From positions 1 through 10,879 of the forward strand of contig NW_021827326.1 in assembly GCF_006345805.1 (NCBI RefSeq): 10,879 nucleotides of DNA. Reading direction: 5' to 3'. Origin of the DNA: Octopus sinensis (Eukaryota). Below the pieces are notes generated by a model that saw only the letters and a list, made by a program, of their open reading frames with translations, was not told the DNA's origin and made no database searches. This document shows positions 1 through 8,456 of the stretch, piece by piece (position 1 is the first letter of the stretch; each line of letters opens with the position of its first letter). Position numbers and translations under genes: made by a program.

Positions 1-24
1 GATTGATTGAGTGATTGATTGATT
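1..24 (-). repeat. (TCAA)n tetranucleotide tail at the LINE 3' end, possibly truncated by the window edge
   Basis: GATTGATTGAGTGATTGATTGATT on + strand lies directly at the 3' end of the minus-strand LINE. CR1-group LINEs typically end in short tandem repeats. Confidence 0.75.
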
Positions 25-1329
25 CTAGTTTCAGCTCATGAGCTGTGGCCATGCTGGGGCACCGCCATTTGGTGTTGCTACACAGTTTTAACTTCACGAA
101 AACTTTTTAGCAACTGCTATTTGGTGCATGAGAGAGTTCGATGCAGCTGCCCTCATCTGCACCTCCTGCCGTGAAGCTGGTTCATCTGGGACACCTGACA
201 GGAAGAGATCCAGTTTCCATTAAAGACATCTGCATCCACCCATGCAGGTCTCTCAGGTTCTTCGGGAGGATATTGAAGAGCTTGGGCCTCGGAAGCCCAG
301 TCTATCACAGTATCTTGTCCTACATCTTGATGGCAAAATTTGAGTCCTAGGCACCACGCAGTGGCGCCCAGTTCTGGTATTGTGTAACTCTCGATGCCAA
401 AGTTTGGGACAGTCCCTCCAGATCTTCCAGATGTATATTATGGCATATCTTTCTCGCCTACGCCTCCAAGGAATAGAGTTTTAATCTCTTGAGTCTTTCC
501 CAGTAGCTTAATTTCTGTACAGAGGCTATCTTCTTCGTGTAGCTACGTTGGATCGCCTCAAGTTCTGTGATCAACTTGACACTAGATGGTGACCATACTG
601 AGAGCAATAGTCAAGTTGCTTAGGACAGTGTCCTCCAGAGGACATCATGGTTTCTTGTTCTCTTGTTCTAAAGGTTCTTAGAATCCATCCGGCCAGTCGT
701 CTACATTTCATTGCCAATTTAGCAACATGTACATGAAAGGTTGCGTCAATCACTCATGTAAATACCCAGGTCACGCACTGATTGTGCCTCTGGGATTGCA
801 TTCCTCCGAGTCCAGTGTATTCATTGGGTATTGCTTTTAGTTTTGCATGCTGATAGTATAAAGCTTGAACTTTTCAGCATTGAACTGCATGCTATTCTTT
901 TCAGCCCACTTGTATATTTTGTCCAGCTCACATTGCAGGCGTTTAGTGTCCGCAGGGTTCTGTATTGCCTGTGAAACTTTTCTATCATCTGCATAACTTG
1001 TGATCGTGGCTCTCTGCGTGGCTGATGGCATGTCTGAGAGGGCTTATGAACAGTATTGGTCCCAAAACGTGCCCTGCGGAACACAACCGCTCACTATTTG
1101 CGTGTTAATGGAAGTGGCTACTACCAACTGACTTCTATCTTTCAGAAAGTCATGAAGCCATTCTCCCAGTTTTTCCAACTATGTTGAGATCACGCAGTTT
1201 GTGACATATCATTCCATGATCGCGACTTTATCAAAGGCTTTTGCAAAGTCGAGATATATATCACTTCCACATTTGAGTGGTTGAGCAGCCGTTTCCAGCA
1301 CCCAGTCTGTGTTGTAGGAGCTGAGTTTT
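1..1329 (-). mobile_element. 5'-truncated, frameshifted non-LTR retrotransposon (CR1-group LINE): ORF2 reverse transcriptase, C-terminal region, 3'UTR and tail
   Basis: Minus-strand translation across frameshifts gives RT motifs in the correct order: TQLLQH, VIYLDFAKAFDKV (YLDFAKAFDKV at 1256-1224), WLHDFLKDRSQ, VPQG (1082-1071), YADD (995-984) and LQCELDKIYKWAEKNSMQFNAEKFKL. The CR1-type C-terminus follows (DLGIYMSD, GWILRTF, LDYCSQ, YWERLKRLKLYSLERRRERY). It ends in a (TCAA)n tail. Clade assignment is from family knowledge, not from an alignment. Confidence 0.92.
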
Positions 1330-1330
1330 G

Positions 1331-1347
1331 ATGATGATGATGATATG

Positions 1348-1378
<31 letters not shown>
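1331..1378. repeat. (ATG)n/(TA)n compound microsatellite
   Basis: Directly visible; abuts the truncated 5' end of the LINE. Confidence 0.95.
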
Positions 1379-1569
1379 GTAAATACAATACTTGTTATGA
1401 GATAGGTCTCCTTCTTCCTGATGAGAGATTGCATTATTTTACAAACCGTTTTATTCCTTTGGAATAAAACCAATGTTGTCTTTGAAACATATGTCGAATA
1501 AAAAGAATTCGAATATATCTGCATTCAACTCCATTTATTTACTTATACTACACAAATTACTGCACATTA

Positions 1570-1640
1570 ACCCGGAGTTTCTACCTTGAATAGGTCGCTA
1601 CATCCTGGTTACTTGCGTGAAGTTGCTACCTGGTAACCGT
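1570..1640 (+). promoter_or_regulatory. Candidate promoter or non-coding first exon with two X-box-like (RFX) motifs
   Basis: A locally CpG-containing unique island lies between microsatellites. It contains GTCGCT-N7-GGTTAC and GTTGCT-N4-GGTAAC (1622-1637), and a possible donor CTG|GTAACC at 1632/1633. Spacers are longer than the canonical 0-3 nt, so this is weak. Confidence 0.2.
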
Positions 1641-1689
1641 TTATTGAATTTTCCATTTAACGTAGACAAAGAATAATTCATTCATCAAT

Positions 1690-1750
1690 TATATATAATA
1701 ATATATGTGGGTGTGTGTGTTTTGTATGTTATGTATCTATATATGTATAT

Positions 1751-1782
<32 letters not shown>

Positions 1783-1833
1783 ATATATATATATATATTA
1801 TATATATATCATGGTGTGTGTGTGTGTGTGTGT
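1690..1833. repeat. Compound (TA)n/(GT)n microsatellite
   Basis: Directly visible. Confidence 0.95.
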
Positions 1834-2299
1834 GATAGGAGTGCTCCTTGCATGACACTGTTCCATCCAAATTTTGACACCTTGAGGTTAATCAGTTTAA
1901 ATTCCTTTCATTTTGAATTCAAACCGGATCCTGTACAACCAGCGGAGGGCTGTAATAATATAAAAAGCACATCATTAACGAGAGAAACAAGCAGGGGCTT
2001 GAACCTGGCCCTCCTTCATTTCATGTTACACCTGTTTCAGTATTTGGTAACACATCGTTGTGTCACACTATAGCTGCAATTGGTAGACCACCTCATAAGG
2101 GCAGCAGGCATAAGGAAATACATGCAGTAACCAAAACGAAATACTTGAGAGGTACACGGCTTGAAGGGAAGGGAGATCAGGAGAAGGTAGAGTGGGAACA
2201 CAACCCCCAGAAACACAATTGTGGACTGGTGTTGATGAGAATGGGGGTTAAGAATTGACCAGAGTTTGGAGATATAGGCTGTGCTTACATGCCCCCTAA

Positions 2300-2512
2300 C
2301 CCTTTCGTTACTGTATTTATTTTGAGATGCTCTGTGTTTCTTCAATTACTTTAAATATAACAAAATTTAGTAAAATAACTTAGTTATTATAAGCTAGTGT
2401 TAGGAACAAATGTGACTAAGTTTCGTGGAAATTTTAATTGAAAACTTTTGGAAACAAGACATTTGTACTACAGAGCCCAGAAGCAGTTTCAGCCAGGCTG
2501 GTACCAAAAGGG
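2300..2512. mobile_element. piggyBac-type MITE, copy 1 (213 bp)
   Basis: TIRs are CCCTTTCGTTAC and GTACCAAAAGGG (10/12 complementary). Flanks are CTAA (2296-2299) and TTAA (2513-2516). CCC termini plus a TTAA target are piggyBac hallmarks. There is no ORF with transposase features. Confidence 0.75.
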
Positions 2513-2543
2513 TTAAGAATTGTTTCTCTATTATATATTTTAA

Positions 2544-2760
2544 CCCTTTTGTTACCATATTTCTGTTGAGATGCTCTGTGTTTCTTTCAATTATTCTAAA
2601 TATAACAGAGAATTATGAAAATAATGTAGTCATCATTTAGCTAGTGTTAGGGACAAATTGTGACTAAGGTTTCGTGGAAGATTCTAATTCAAAACTTATG
2701 AAAACAAGACATTTTACCACAGAGCCAGAGCTGGTTTCAGCCGGGTTAGTATCAAAAGGG
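2544..2760. mobile_element. piggyBac-type MITE, copy 2 (217 bp)
   Basis: TIRs are CCCTTTTGTTAC and GTATCAAAAGGG (11/12). There is a perfect TTAA on both sides (2540-2543, 2761-2764). It aligns end to end with copy 1 in the same orientation (shared GAGATGCTCTGTGTTTCTT, GCTAGTGTTAGG, AAACAAGACATTT). Confidence 0.82.
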
Positions 2761-2988
2761 TTAAGAGAGGGGAGACAGGTGGGTAAGTAGATAACATAGG
2801 TGACCAGTAAGAGATTCTGGGTGCAATAATCAAGCACCACTGGGGTTTGTGTTAGCACCATTGATAGATGCGTCCAATTACATACAAACCTGCGGATACG
2901 CATTAACACATTAATATGCTTTCTTCCCCAGCCACTCATGCGCAGAGAGTTGGTGGGTTGGTGGGGTCGGGGAATGAGTAGGAGGATT

Positions 2989-3178
2989 CCTTGAGCAAGA
3001 ACCTTTATTTCACGTTGCTCCAGTCTACTCAGCGAAAATGAGTTGTGTCTATATTTCAAAGGGTCAGCCTTGTCACACTGTGTCATGCTGAATCTCCCTG
3101 AGAACTACATTAGGGGTACACGCGTCTGTGGTGTACTCAGCCATTTGCATGTTAATTTCACAAATGTGCTGTTCCGTC
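2989..3178 (+). mobile_element. 5'-truncated SINE fragment (core and 3' part)
   Basis: CCTTGAGCAAGA..TTTATTTCACGTTGCTCCAGT..CTCAGC resembles the post-tRNA-head/core segment of tRNA-derived SINEs. I recall it as a high-copy octopus repeat (unverified). No A or B box is present. Confidence 0.6.
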
Positions 3179-3251
3179 TTCTTTAAATTGCTCTTTACCT
3201 CATTTTATAAGTTTTTAAAAATTATCTTACTTTCCTTTTTATTCAACAGAC

Positions 3252-3335
3252 ATGGATGTAAATAAGATTATAAGCAAGATTCGGAATGTGGACTTTAAAG
3301 ATGTGAAACGATTTATCAAAGAAAATCCTGAAACA
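3252..3335 (+). CDS. Coding exon (exon 3250-3335) of an ankyrin-repeat protein: MDVNKIISKIRNVDFKDVKRFIKENPET
   Basis: A polypyrimidine tract and CAG acceptor end at 3249, ATG is at 3252 (ACATGG), and there are 28 stop-free codons. A strong donor ACA|GTAAGT lies at 3335/3336 in phase 0, matching the phase-0 acceptor at 6931. The ATG may not be the true start if an upstream exon is coding. Confidence 0.78.
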
Positions 3336-3499
3336 GTAAGTTTACTTTATATTGCTTCTTCAATGTTAAATGTTGTTTATTATTTTATACACAATATTAA
3401 TGTTCCTAAATAACCAGATATATTCGTCCATAATATTCATCTTTCTTACCTCTTACCTCTTCCTCTAATCTCATCATTGTCACTTTTTATAAATATTCA

Positions 3500-3810
3500 A
3501 CCAGACAATGAGGCATGCCAGAATTGATGGAATGTGAGTGAGAGAGAAACCCATCCTCACACACTGCAATGGAGTACTCTGGCAGGAAATATTCAGTCCA
3601 AGAGATGGGACAGATGGACCCAATAGATAAATGATGACTTTGTCAAGAAATTCTCTTGCCATACACATTAAAGGTTTTACCGACGTCAAGGGCTACAGTA
3701 TTTCTTTTGCAGAAGTTGTCAAACATAACCAAAACACTGGGGAGTCACGTAGGAATCAGACCCCTGCTTGAACCGGCTTTATGGAACTGTACTGGGGCTC
3801 ATTGAATAAG
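3500..3810 (-). mobile_element. Old, degenerate non-LTR reverse transcriptase fragment (CR1-group-like), intronic
   Basis: Minus strand reads TVALDVGKTF (VALDVGKTF at 3696-3670; compare VALDISKAFD). After a frameshift it reads WTEYFLPEYSIAVCEDGFLSHSHSINSGMP (INSGMP at 3528-3511; compare FLSDRSIAV..DG...INSGVPQG). Stops and frameshifts are present. Confidence 0.7.
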
Positions 3811-3931
3811 AAAGATACCCAAAGGGACAAGATGATGGTTTTTTATGACTTTTACTTCATAATTGAAATATTGGAAGTTAGAATGACTGGCTGGTAGTCA
3901 GCAGATAGGACACTATCAGCAGATTATAAAA

Positions 3932-4277
3932 CAGGGCTTCTCTAAGAGAGTAGTGCTACCCTTGGTTAGGGTTTGTGGAAAATTTTATAAGGACCAGGGA
4001 GCCAAGGTGGCTATGGTCGTATAAATATATAAAACTAAATGTGTTGTTGAGTTTGGATCAGAAACTAAAGGGAAGTGGTGATGCATCAAATGTTCACTTA
4101 TTGTGGGGTGGTGCTGTGGTAAGTAGTCACCCATGTCAGGACTAGGACCCAAAGGTAAATTAATCTGACCCGTGAGAACATTAAAATCAGAGATATTGAA
4201 TCATAGCAAGAAAAGGGGCATTGAAAAACTCTTAGTAAATAAAAAAGGGCCATAATTGAAAAGTTTAAGAAGCACTG
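3932..4277. mobile_element. hAT-type (Charlie/Buster-like) non-autonomous element, 346 bp
   Basis: Termini CAGGGCTTCTCTAA and TTTAAGAAGCACTG are 11/14 complementary. The 8-bp flanks TTATAAAA and GTATAGAA match at 6/8 with a central TA, fitting a decayed 8-bp Buster-type TSD. Confidence 0.6.
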
Positions 4278-4639
4278 GTATAGAACCATCATGGTTAGGG
4301 AGTGGTGGGTGGAATGATTCTGTAAAATCTATACAGATACTCTAGGTAAGAGACCAGAAAATGTGGCTTTTAATTTGGGAGGGAAGACAGCTGACAAATG
4401 GTGAAATGCAGAAAAAACATCCTTTAATTTCTTGATGACCATCATACATGTATTTCAATGGTAGGTGAATGTCTGCCAGTTTAGTGAGGGTAGGTGATTT
4501 CCTCAAGGAGAAGTCGATAGTGTTTTTTTGTACAGGTGTAATACAGTTGTGTTTGAACCACTCACACCTTCTTACATATTGTATGGCTACAAACTAACGT
4601 AAGCCCTGACACTGCTGCTGCCTCATTTAGGCTCAAAAT

Positions 4640-5400
4640 TCTGATCCCTACTTTCAGATATTTCTTATTTTCTCCATTTTTCTTTTCATTTGTGTCTCCT
4701 CCTTTTCCATAGTTGCACTATTTAGCTGTGGTGGTATCGTTCCAAAGTTGTCGCAGATATCTAATCACAAATAACTACTTTGTAATAGATTCAGTGATTA
4801 ACGTAAAAGGATTTTCAATCTTTTCCTTGAGCTTATGCATGAATTGAACAGTCTTTCTAAGCTTTTTTCGCCCTGATTTACCTGTGCCTCTAGTCAATAG
4901 AATAAGGGACAGTTCTCTAAAACCTTTCTTGTAGATTTGCTTTCATTCTTTTTCAAGCTGATCTCATGTGGCTGTTTCACCAGACATATGACATCTGAAG
5001 ATCCATGCTTCATTTCAAACATCCTGTTCTTCTCTCACCATCATTTAAATCTCCTTCATCATTATAGCATTAAATGAAAGTGCTACTATGCCAGGCATCA
5101 GTGATAACACAGTGTAGAATTTCATGAGCTTTTCCAGGGAATATAAAACTAAAACCCTGTCTGACATATTTAGAATCTACACAATTATTTCTGAGGGTTT
5201 GCACCCTTTATAGCTCTTCACCTGTCCAATTACTTTATACACTATCTTATGGTCTAATCTCTGCAGTTGGTTAGTGTAGATGGTTTCTCTTATTTACCCG
5301 TGTGTCTCCTGTCAGATACCAAGTTTGAAATCTTGTCAGTGTTCTCTTCAATTCATAATTGATATCACAGATACCAGTAATAAACTGAAAGATTGTCTCA
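4640..5400 (-). mobile_element. Possible highly decayed LINE ORF2 endonuclease region
   Basis: The minus strand is purine-rich, with faint APE-like motifs in the expected order (KLGI*QETH, then EGDLN). There are many stops and no convincing long frame. Confidence 0.2.
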
Positions 5401-6196
5401 ACCGATTTTTTTTTTGGCCTTCACTCAGACAAAAGTGAGGTTGTAACTAAAGACAGACATTTCATGTTTCATAAGAAAGACTCTTCCATCTACCATGAAA
5501 CGGTATTTATACTGGTTTCCCTCGATATTGCTCTGTCCACTTCTATGAAAGGACAGGAAGCACAAATCATGTCAAGAAAGACACCAATGGTCGCCTAAAG
5601 TGCAGAATAAAACTCATAAAGACATAAAAGGGAGCAGTAAAAGAACCATAAAAAGGAAAGGGTGCATAGGAACCTCAGATGTAGTGTTTCTGAATTACAG
5701 AAAGTGTGGGTTTTTTTTTTGAAGGATACAGCTAACAACCAATGTAGATAGTTTATTCCATGCCTTGACAATTCTGAGCATAAAAATATTGTTTCTGATA
5801 TCATGGAAACTGGGATGGGTGTTTTTTTTTACTTTATAAGCATGTCTCAGAGTGATAAAGATATTAAATTCCAGAAGTGGTCAAAGTTGTTATTGAAAGA
5901 TGAGGGATAATCTTGTGGGATTCTATCAATGAGTTGCTTGAAATAAAAACTTTTGTGTGTTGATGCATGGAAAAGCAATACTTTTAAGGAATAATAAGTG
6001 ATTAGAGAGGCTATTTGTGTGGTTGTACATCTGTGGACAGCTTCCAGTAGTGGTATTCTGGACAAAATGAGCATACCAGATTGGAGATGTAACCTATACA
6101 TACATACATGCATACATATCAGTATAGACGATGTGATTAAGGATTGGCGAACCAGATGGCTGCACCAGGCTCCAACTTGATTCATATAGAATGAGG

Positions 6197-6202
<6 letters not shown>

Positions 6203-6242
<40 letters not shown>

Positions 6243-6322
6243 CACACACACACACTTATATACACAAATACGTATTTACAAATATATAATTAGACACACA
6301 CATACTTGTGTGTGTGCACGCT

Positions 6323-6386
<64 letters not shown>

Positions 6387-6410
6387 CATACACACACACA
6401 TACATATGTA
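6203..6410. repeat. Compound (TA)n/(CA)n/(GT)n microsatellite
   Basis: Directly visible. Confidence 0.95.
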
Positions 6411-6430
6411 TGATGGGTCTCTTTAATTTT

Positions 6431-6562
6431 CTATCAGGCTCACTCACAAAGCTTTGATCATCCCAGGGCTATAAAAGAAGACACTCAAGTGCCACACAGT
6501 GAGATTGAACCAAGAACCATGTGGTTGGAAAGCAAACTCCTTACCACACAGCCACGCCTGTG
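6431..6562 (-). mobile_element. tRNA-derived SINE, 5' head
   Basis: On the minus strand there is an A-box-like TGGCTGTGTGG (6554-6544) and a B-box-like GGTTCAATCTC (6511-6501) at tRNA-like spacing. These are followed by GGCACTTGAGTGTCTTC, and there is no acceptor stem. Confidence 0.75.
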
Positions 6563-6645
6563 TCTACAAGGTCTCCTGACTCGTCTAGGAGGAGTGTAAC
6601 TCTAAATAAGGGCAAACTCTGGCTGAGAAAACCCCTGCAACATGA

Positions 6646-6890
6646 TGTGTGTGTGGGGGGGGGGCGTGTGTGTGTGCATGTGTGAGTATGTGTGTGTGTG
6701 CATGCATTTGTGTGTGTGTGTTTATCTTTATTTCTCTTTCGTATTCCTTTTTTCACTCCTGCATCTTCTTTACTCTCTCTCTCTCCCTTTTCTCTCTCTT
6801 CTCTCCTCTCTCTCTCTCTCTCTCCCTTTTCTCTCTCTTCTCTCCTCTCTCTCTCTCTCTCCCTTTTCTCTCCCTTCTCTCCTCTCTCTT
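6646..6890. repeat. (GT)n tract followed by a (CT)-rich tract with three 37-39 bp subunits
   Basis: CCCTTTT-anchored units start at 6785, 6824 and 6861, just upstream of the 6931 acceptor. Confidence 0.9.
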
Positions 6891-6930
6891 CTTTAATATA
6901 TTTCACATGTCTTCTCTTTCTTCTCTTCAG

Positions 6931-7082
6931 GTCAACCAAAGATCTTCAGGTGGCCTTACATTACTCATGGCTGCCTGTGAACAAGGCAATAAAGAGTTAA
7001 TAACCATATTGACAGAATCTGGCGCTGATCTCAACATCAGCAACAATGCCAAGTGGACAGCATTGCATTATGCAGTGGAGAA
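6931..7082 (+). CDS. Ankyrin-repeat coding exon: VNQRSSGGLTLLMAACEQGNKELITILTESGADLNISNNAKWTALHYAVE(K/N)
   Basis: There is one full ankyrin repeat (G-LTLLMAAC..GN.E.I.IL...GADLN) and the start of a second (WTALHYA). The acceptor CTTCTCTTTCTTCTCTTCAG ends at 6930 and the donor AA|GTAAGG is at 7082/7083 (phase 2). No matching downstream exon was found in the window. Confidence 0.9.
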
Positions 7083-7482
7083 GTAAGGCTTGAATTAACT
7101 AAAATCTTCAGATCTGCTTTTGTTTCAAAATTTCTTGCAATTCCAGACAAATTGAATATCCAAAGATACCATAATAGTGGCAGTGTGACACGATAACAAC
7201 ATGATAGTATAACCAAATAACATCTTTTTCTCATTTTTCCATGAATCCTCTTCATTGAATCACAAAATTCTTTTTCATCATTTCTTGCCATAACAGATTC
7301 TTTTTGTTTTGGAGATATTCTTTGAGATCCAACAGTTCTTAAGATTGACGCTGTGTGATTCAGTGTCCTCTCTTGATATTGATTTTGGAGAAATCGATCA
7401 ATTTTTCTCCAAAGAAAATGTTATTTGAGATCTAAAACAAGAAGAAAGATCCTATAGCTTGTTATGGCAGTAAATAATATGT

Positions 7483-7644
7483 AAATAGATTGAAATGCAA
7501 TAGATCGATACTAGGGTTATAATTGTGGGTGACATTTTCATTTGACACTGCTCGAAAAAAATCCCTTTTTCCGTAGCGGTGTCGTATGAAATCGTCACCC
7601 ATAATTATAACCCTAGTATCGATCTATTGCATTTCAATCTATTT
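7483..7644. repeat. 162-bp foldback inverted repeat: 70-bp arms, 22-bp spacer
   Basis: 7483-7524 is the exact reverse complement of 7603-7644 (42 bp). Pairing continues imperfectly to 7552/7575. Confidence 0.95.
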
Positions 7645-7979
7645 TAGATTTAGGGTTAGGGTTAAGATGAGTCAGGGTTAGGGGTGGGGGAAGGGTATCT
7701 TTTTTACTTCACAAATGTAAATAAACCCAATCTGTTTCTTAAAACAGGGACATATTCATACAGCACGGAATGTTTTCACTCAAAATAGACTCCAGCGATT
7801 GGTTAAAATTGCCGAAATGCTTCAATTTAAAGTGGAAATATCTTACAACATATTGAATTTTCTCAATAAAGCCAAGAAAAAATGATGTTTTATAAACACA
7901 TTCTACCAGTATACGAAGTTTAAAAGTGTTTATTAACTAGAAATTGTGTTGACATGTGCCGTTCAAAAGGAAAAGATCC
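7566..7979. mobile_element. Non-autonomous TIR-type element with intact right end (GCCGTTCAAAAGGAAAAGATCC) and rearranged left end
   Basis: The terminal ~80 bp is homologous, inverted, to 8457-8532. It has an internal TTAGGG patch. It resembles a repeat I recall from octopus genomes (unverified). Superfamily is not determined. Confidence 0.55.
7650..7695 (+). other. Degenerate TTAGGG repeats with a canonical G-quadruplex motif
   Basis: The tract is TTAGGGTTAGGGTTAAGATGAGTCAGGGTTAGGGGTGGGGGAAGGG. Positions 7675-7695 fit G3+N1-7 x4. Confidence 0.7.
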
Positions 7980-8313
7980 GTTGTTTGTTTTTGGGATTGA
8001 TGAGAAATCTGCCTTCGATCAGTTTGTCTATAATGTCAGCAATTCTCTCTTTCACAAACGATTTTCCTTCATTATATAGTTATATAATCGTGACGATCTC
8101 TCTAAATGTGTGTATATTCTGCTAAATGCAGTATTTGGTAGACATGAGAAGAAGCTATACATTGTGGGATGTATGAACTAAAACTCAAGATGGTCTTGCT
8201 GGGTCGAAAATATGTATACCTTATACCTTCACCTATTAATATATGTATATACACACACATTTCTTTGCTGTATATTACGATTACATTCATGAATATACAT
8301 ATTTCAGTTGCTC

Positions 8314-8318
<5 letters not shown>

Positions 8319-8369
<51 letters not shown>

Positions 8370-8384
8370 ATATATATATAATAT

Positions 8385-8441
<57 letters not shown>

Positions 8442-8446
8442 ATATA
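8319..8446. repeat. (CT)n then (TA)n microsatellite
   Basis: Directly visible. Confidence 0.95.
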
Positions 8447-8456
8447 CATCCATATA

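Noticed and set aside
141-350. Plus-strand 69-aa ORF, and 821-1084 on the minus strand
   Set aside because: These are antisense or off-frame readings of the LINE ORF2 remnant.
2041-2186. Possible additional 5'UTR exon (TTTCAG acceptor at 2040, AAG|GTAGAG donor)
   Set aside because: The acceptor is plausible but the donor is weak and there is no independent support.
5860-6060. Faint RT-like residues on the + strand (CGILSMSCLK, GIISD)
   Set aside because: Too degenerate to call without an HMM search.
6431-6562. tRNA gene
   Set aside because: A and B boxes are present, but there is no cloverleaf or acceptor stem and the sequence continues into SINE-like body.
6541-6939. ERE-rich and LSLS-rich ORFs on both strands, including the first 94 aa of ORF 6649-7086
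   Set aside because: These are translations of (CT)n/(GT)n tracts. Only 6931-7082 is ankyrin-like and bounded by splice sites.
7037-7419. Stop-free minus-strand frame overlapping the ankyrin exon (includes ORF 7037-7291)
   Set aside because: There is no recognisable domain or clear splice boundaries, and the length is compatible with chance. I cannot exclude a decayed TE fragment.
7444-7456. GAAAGATCCTATA resembling a third TIR end followed by TA
   Set aside because: It is only a 9-11 nt match with no adjoining subterminal homology to the other two ends.
7650-7695. True telomere or chromosome fusion scar
   Set aside because: There are only a few degenerate units, embedded in a putative dispersed element, with no head-to-head TTAGGG/CCCTAA arrays.
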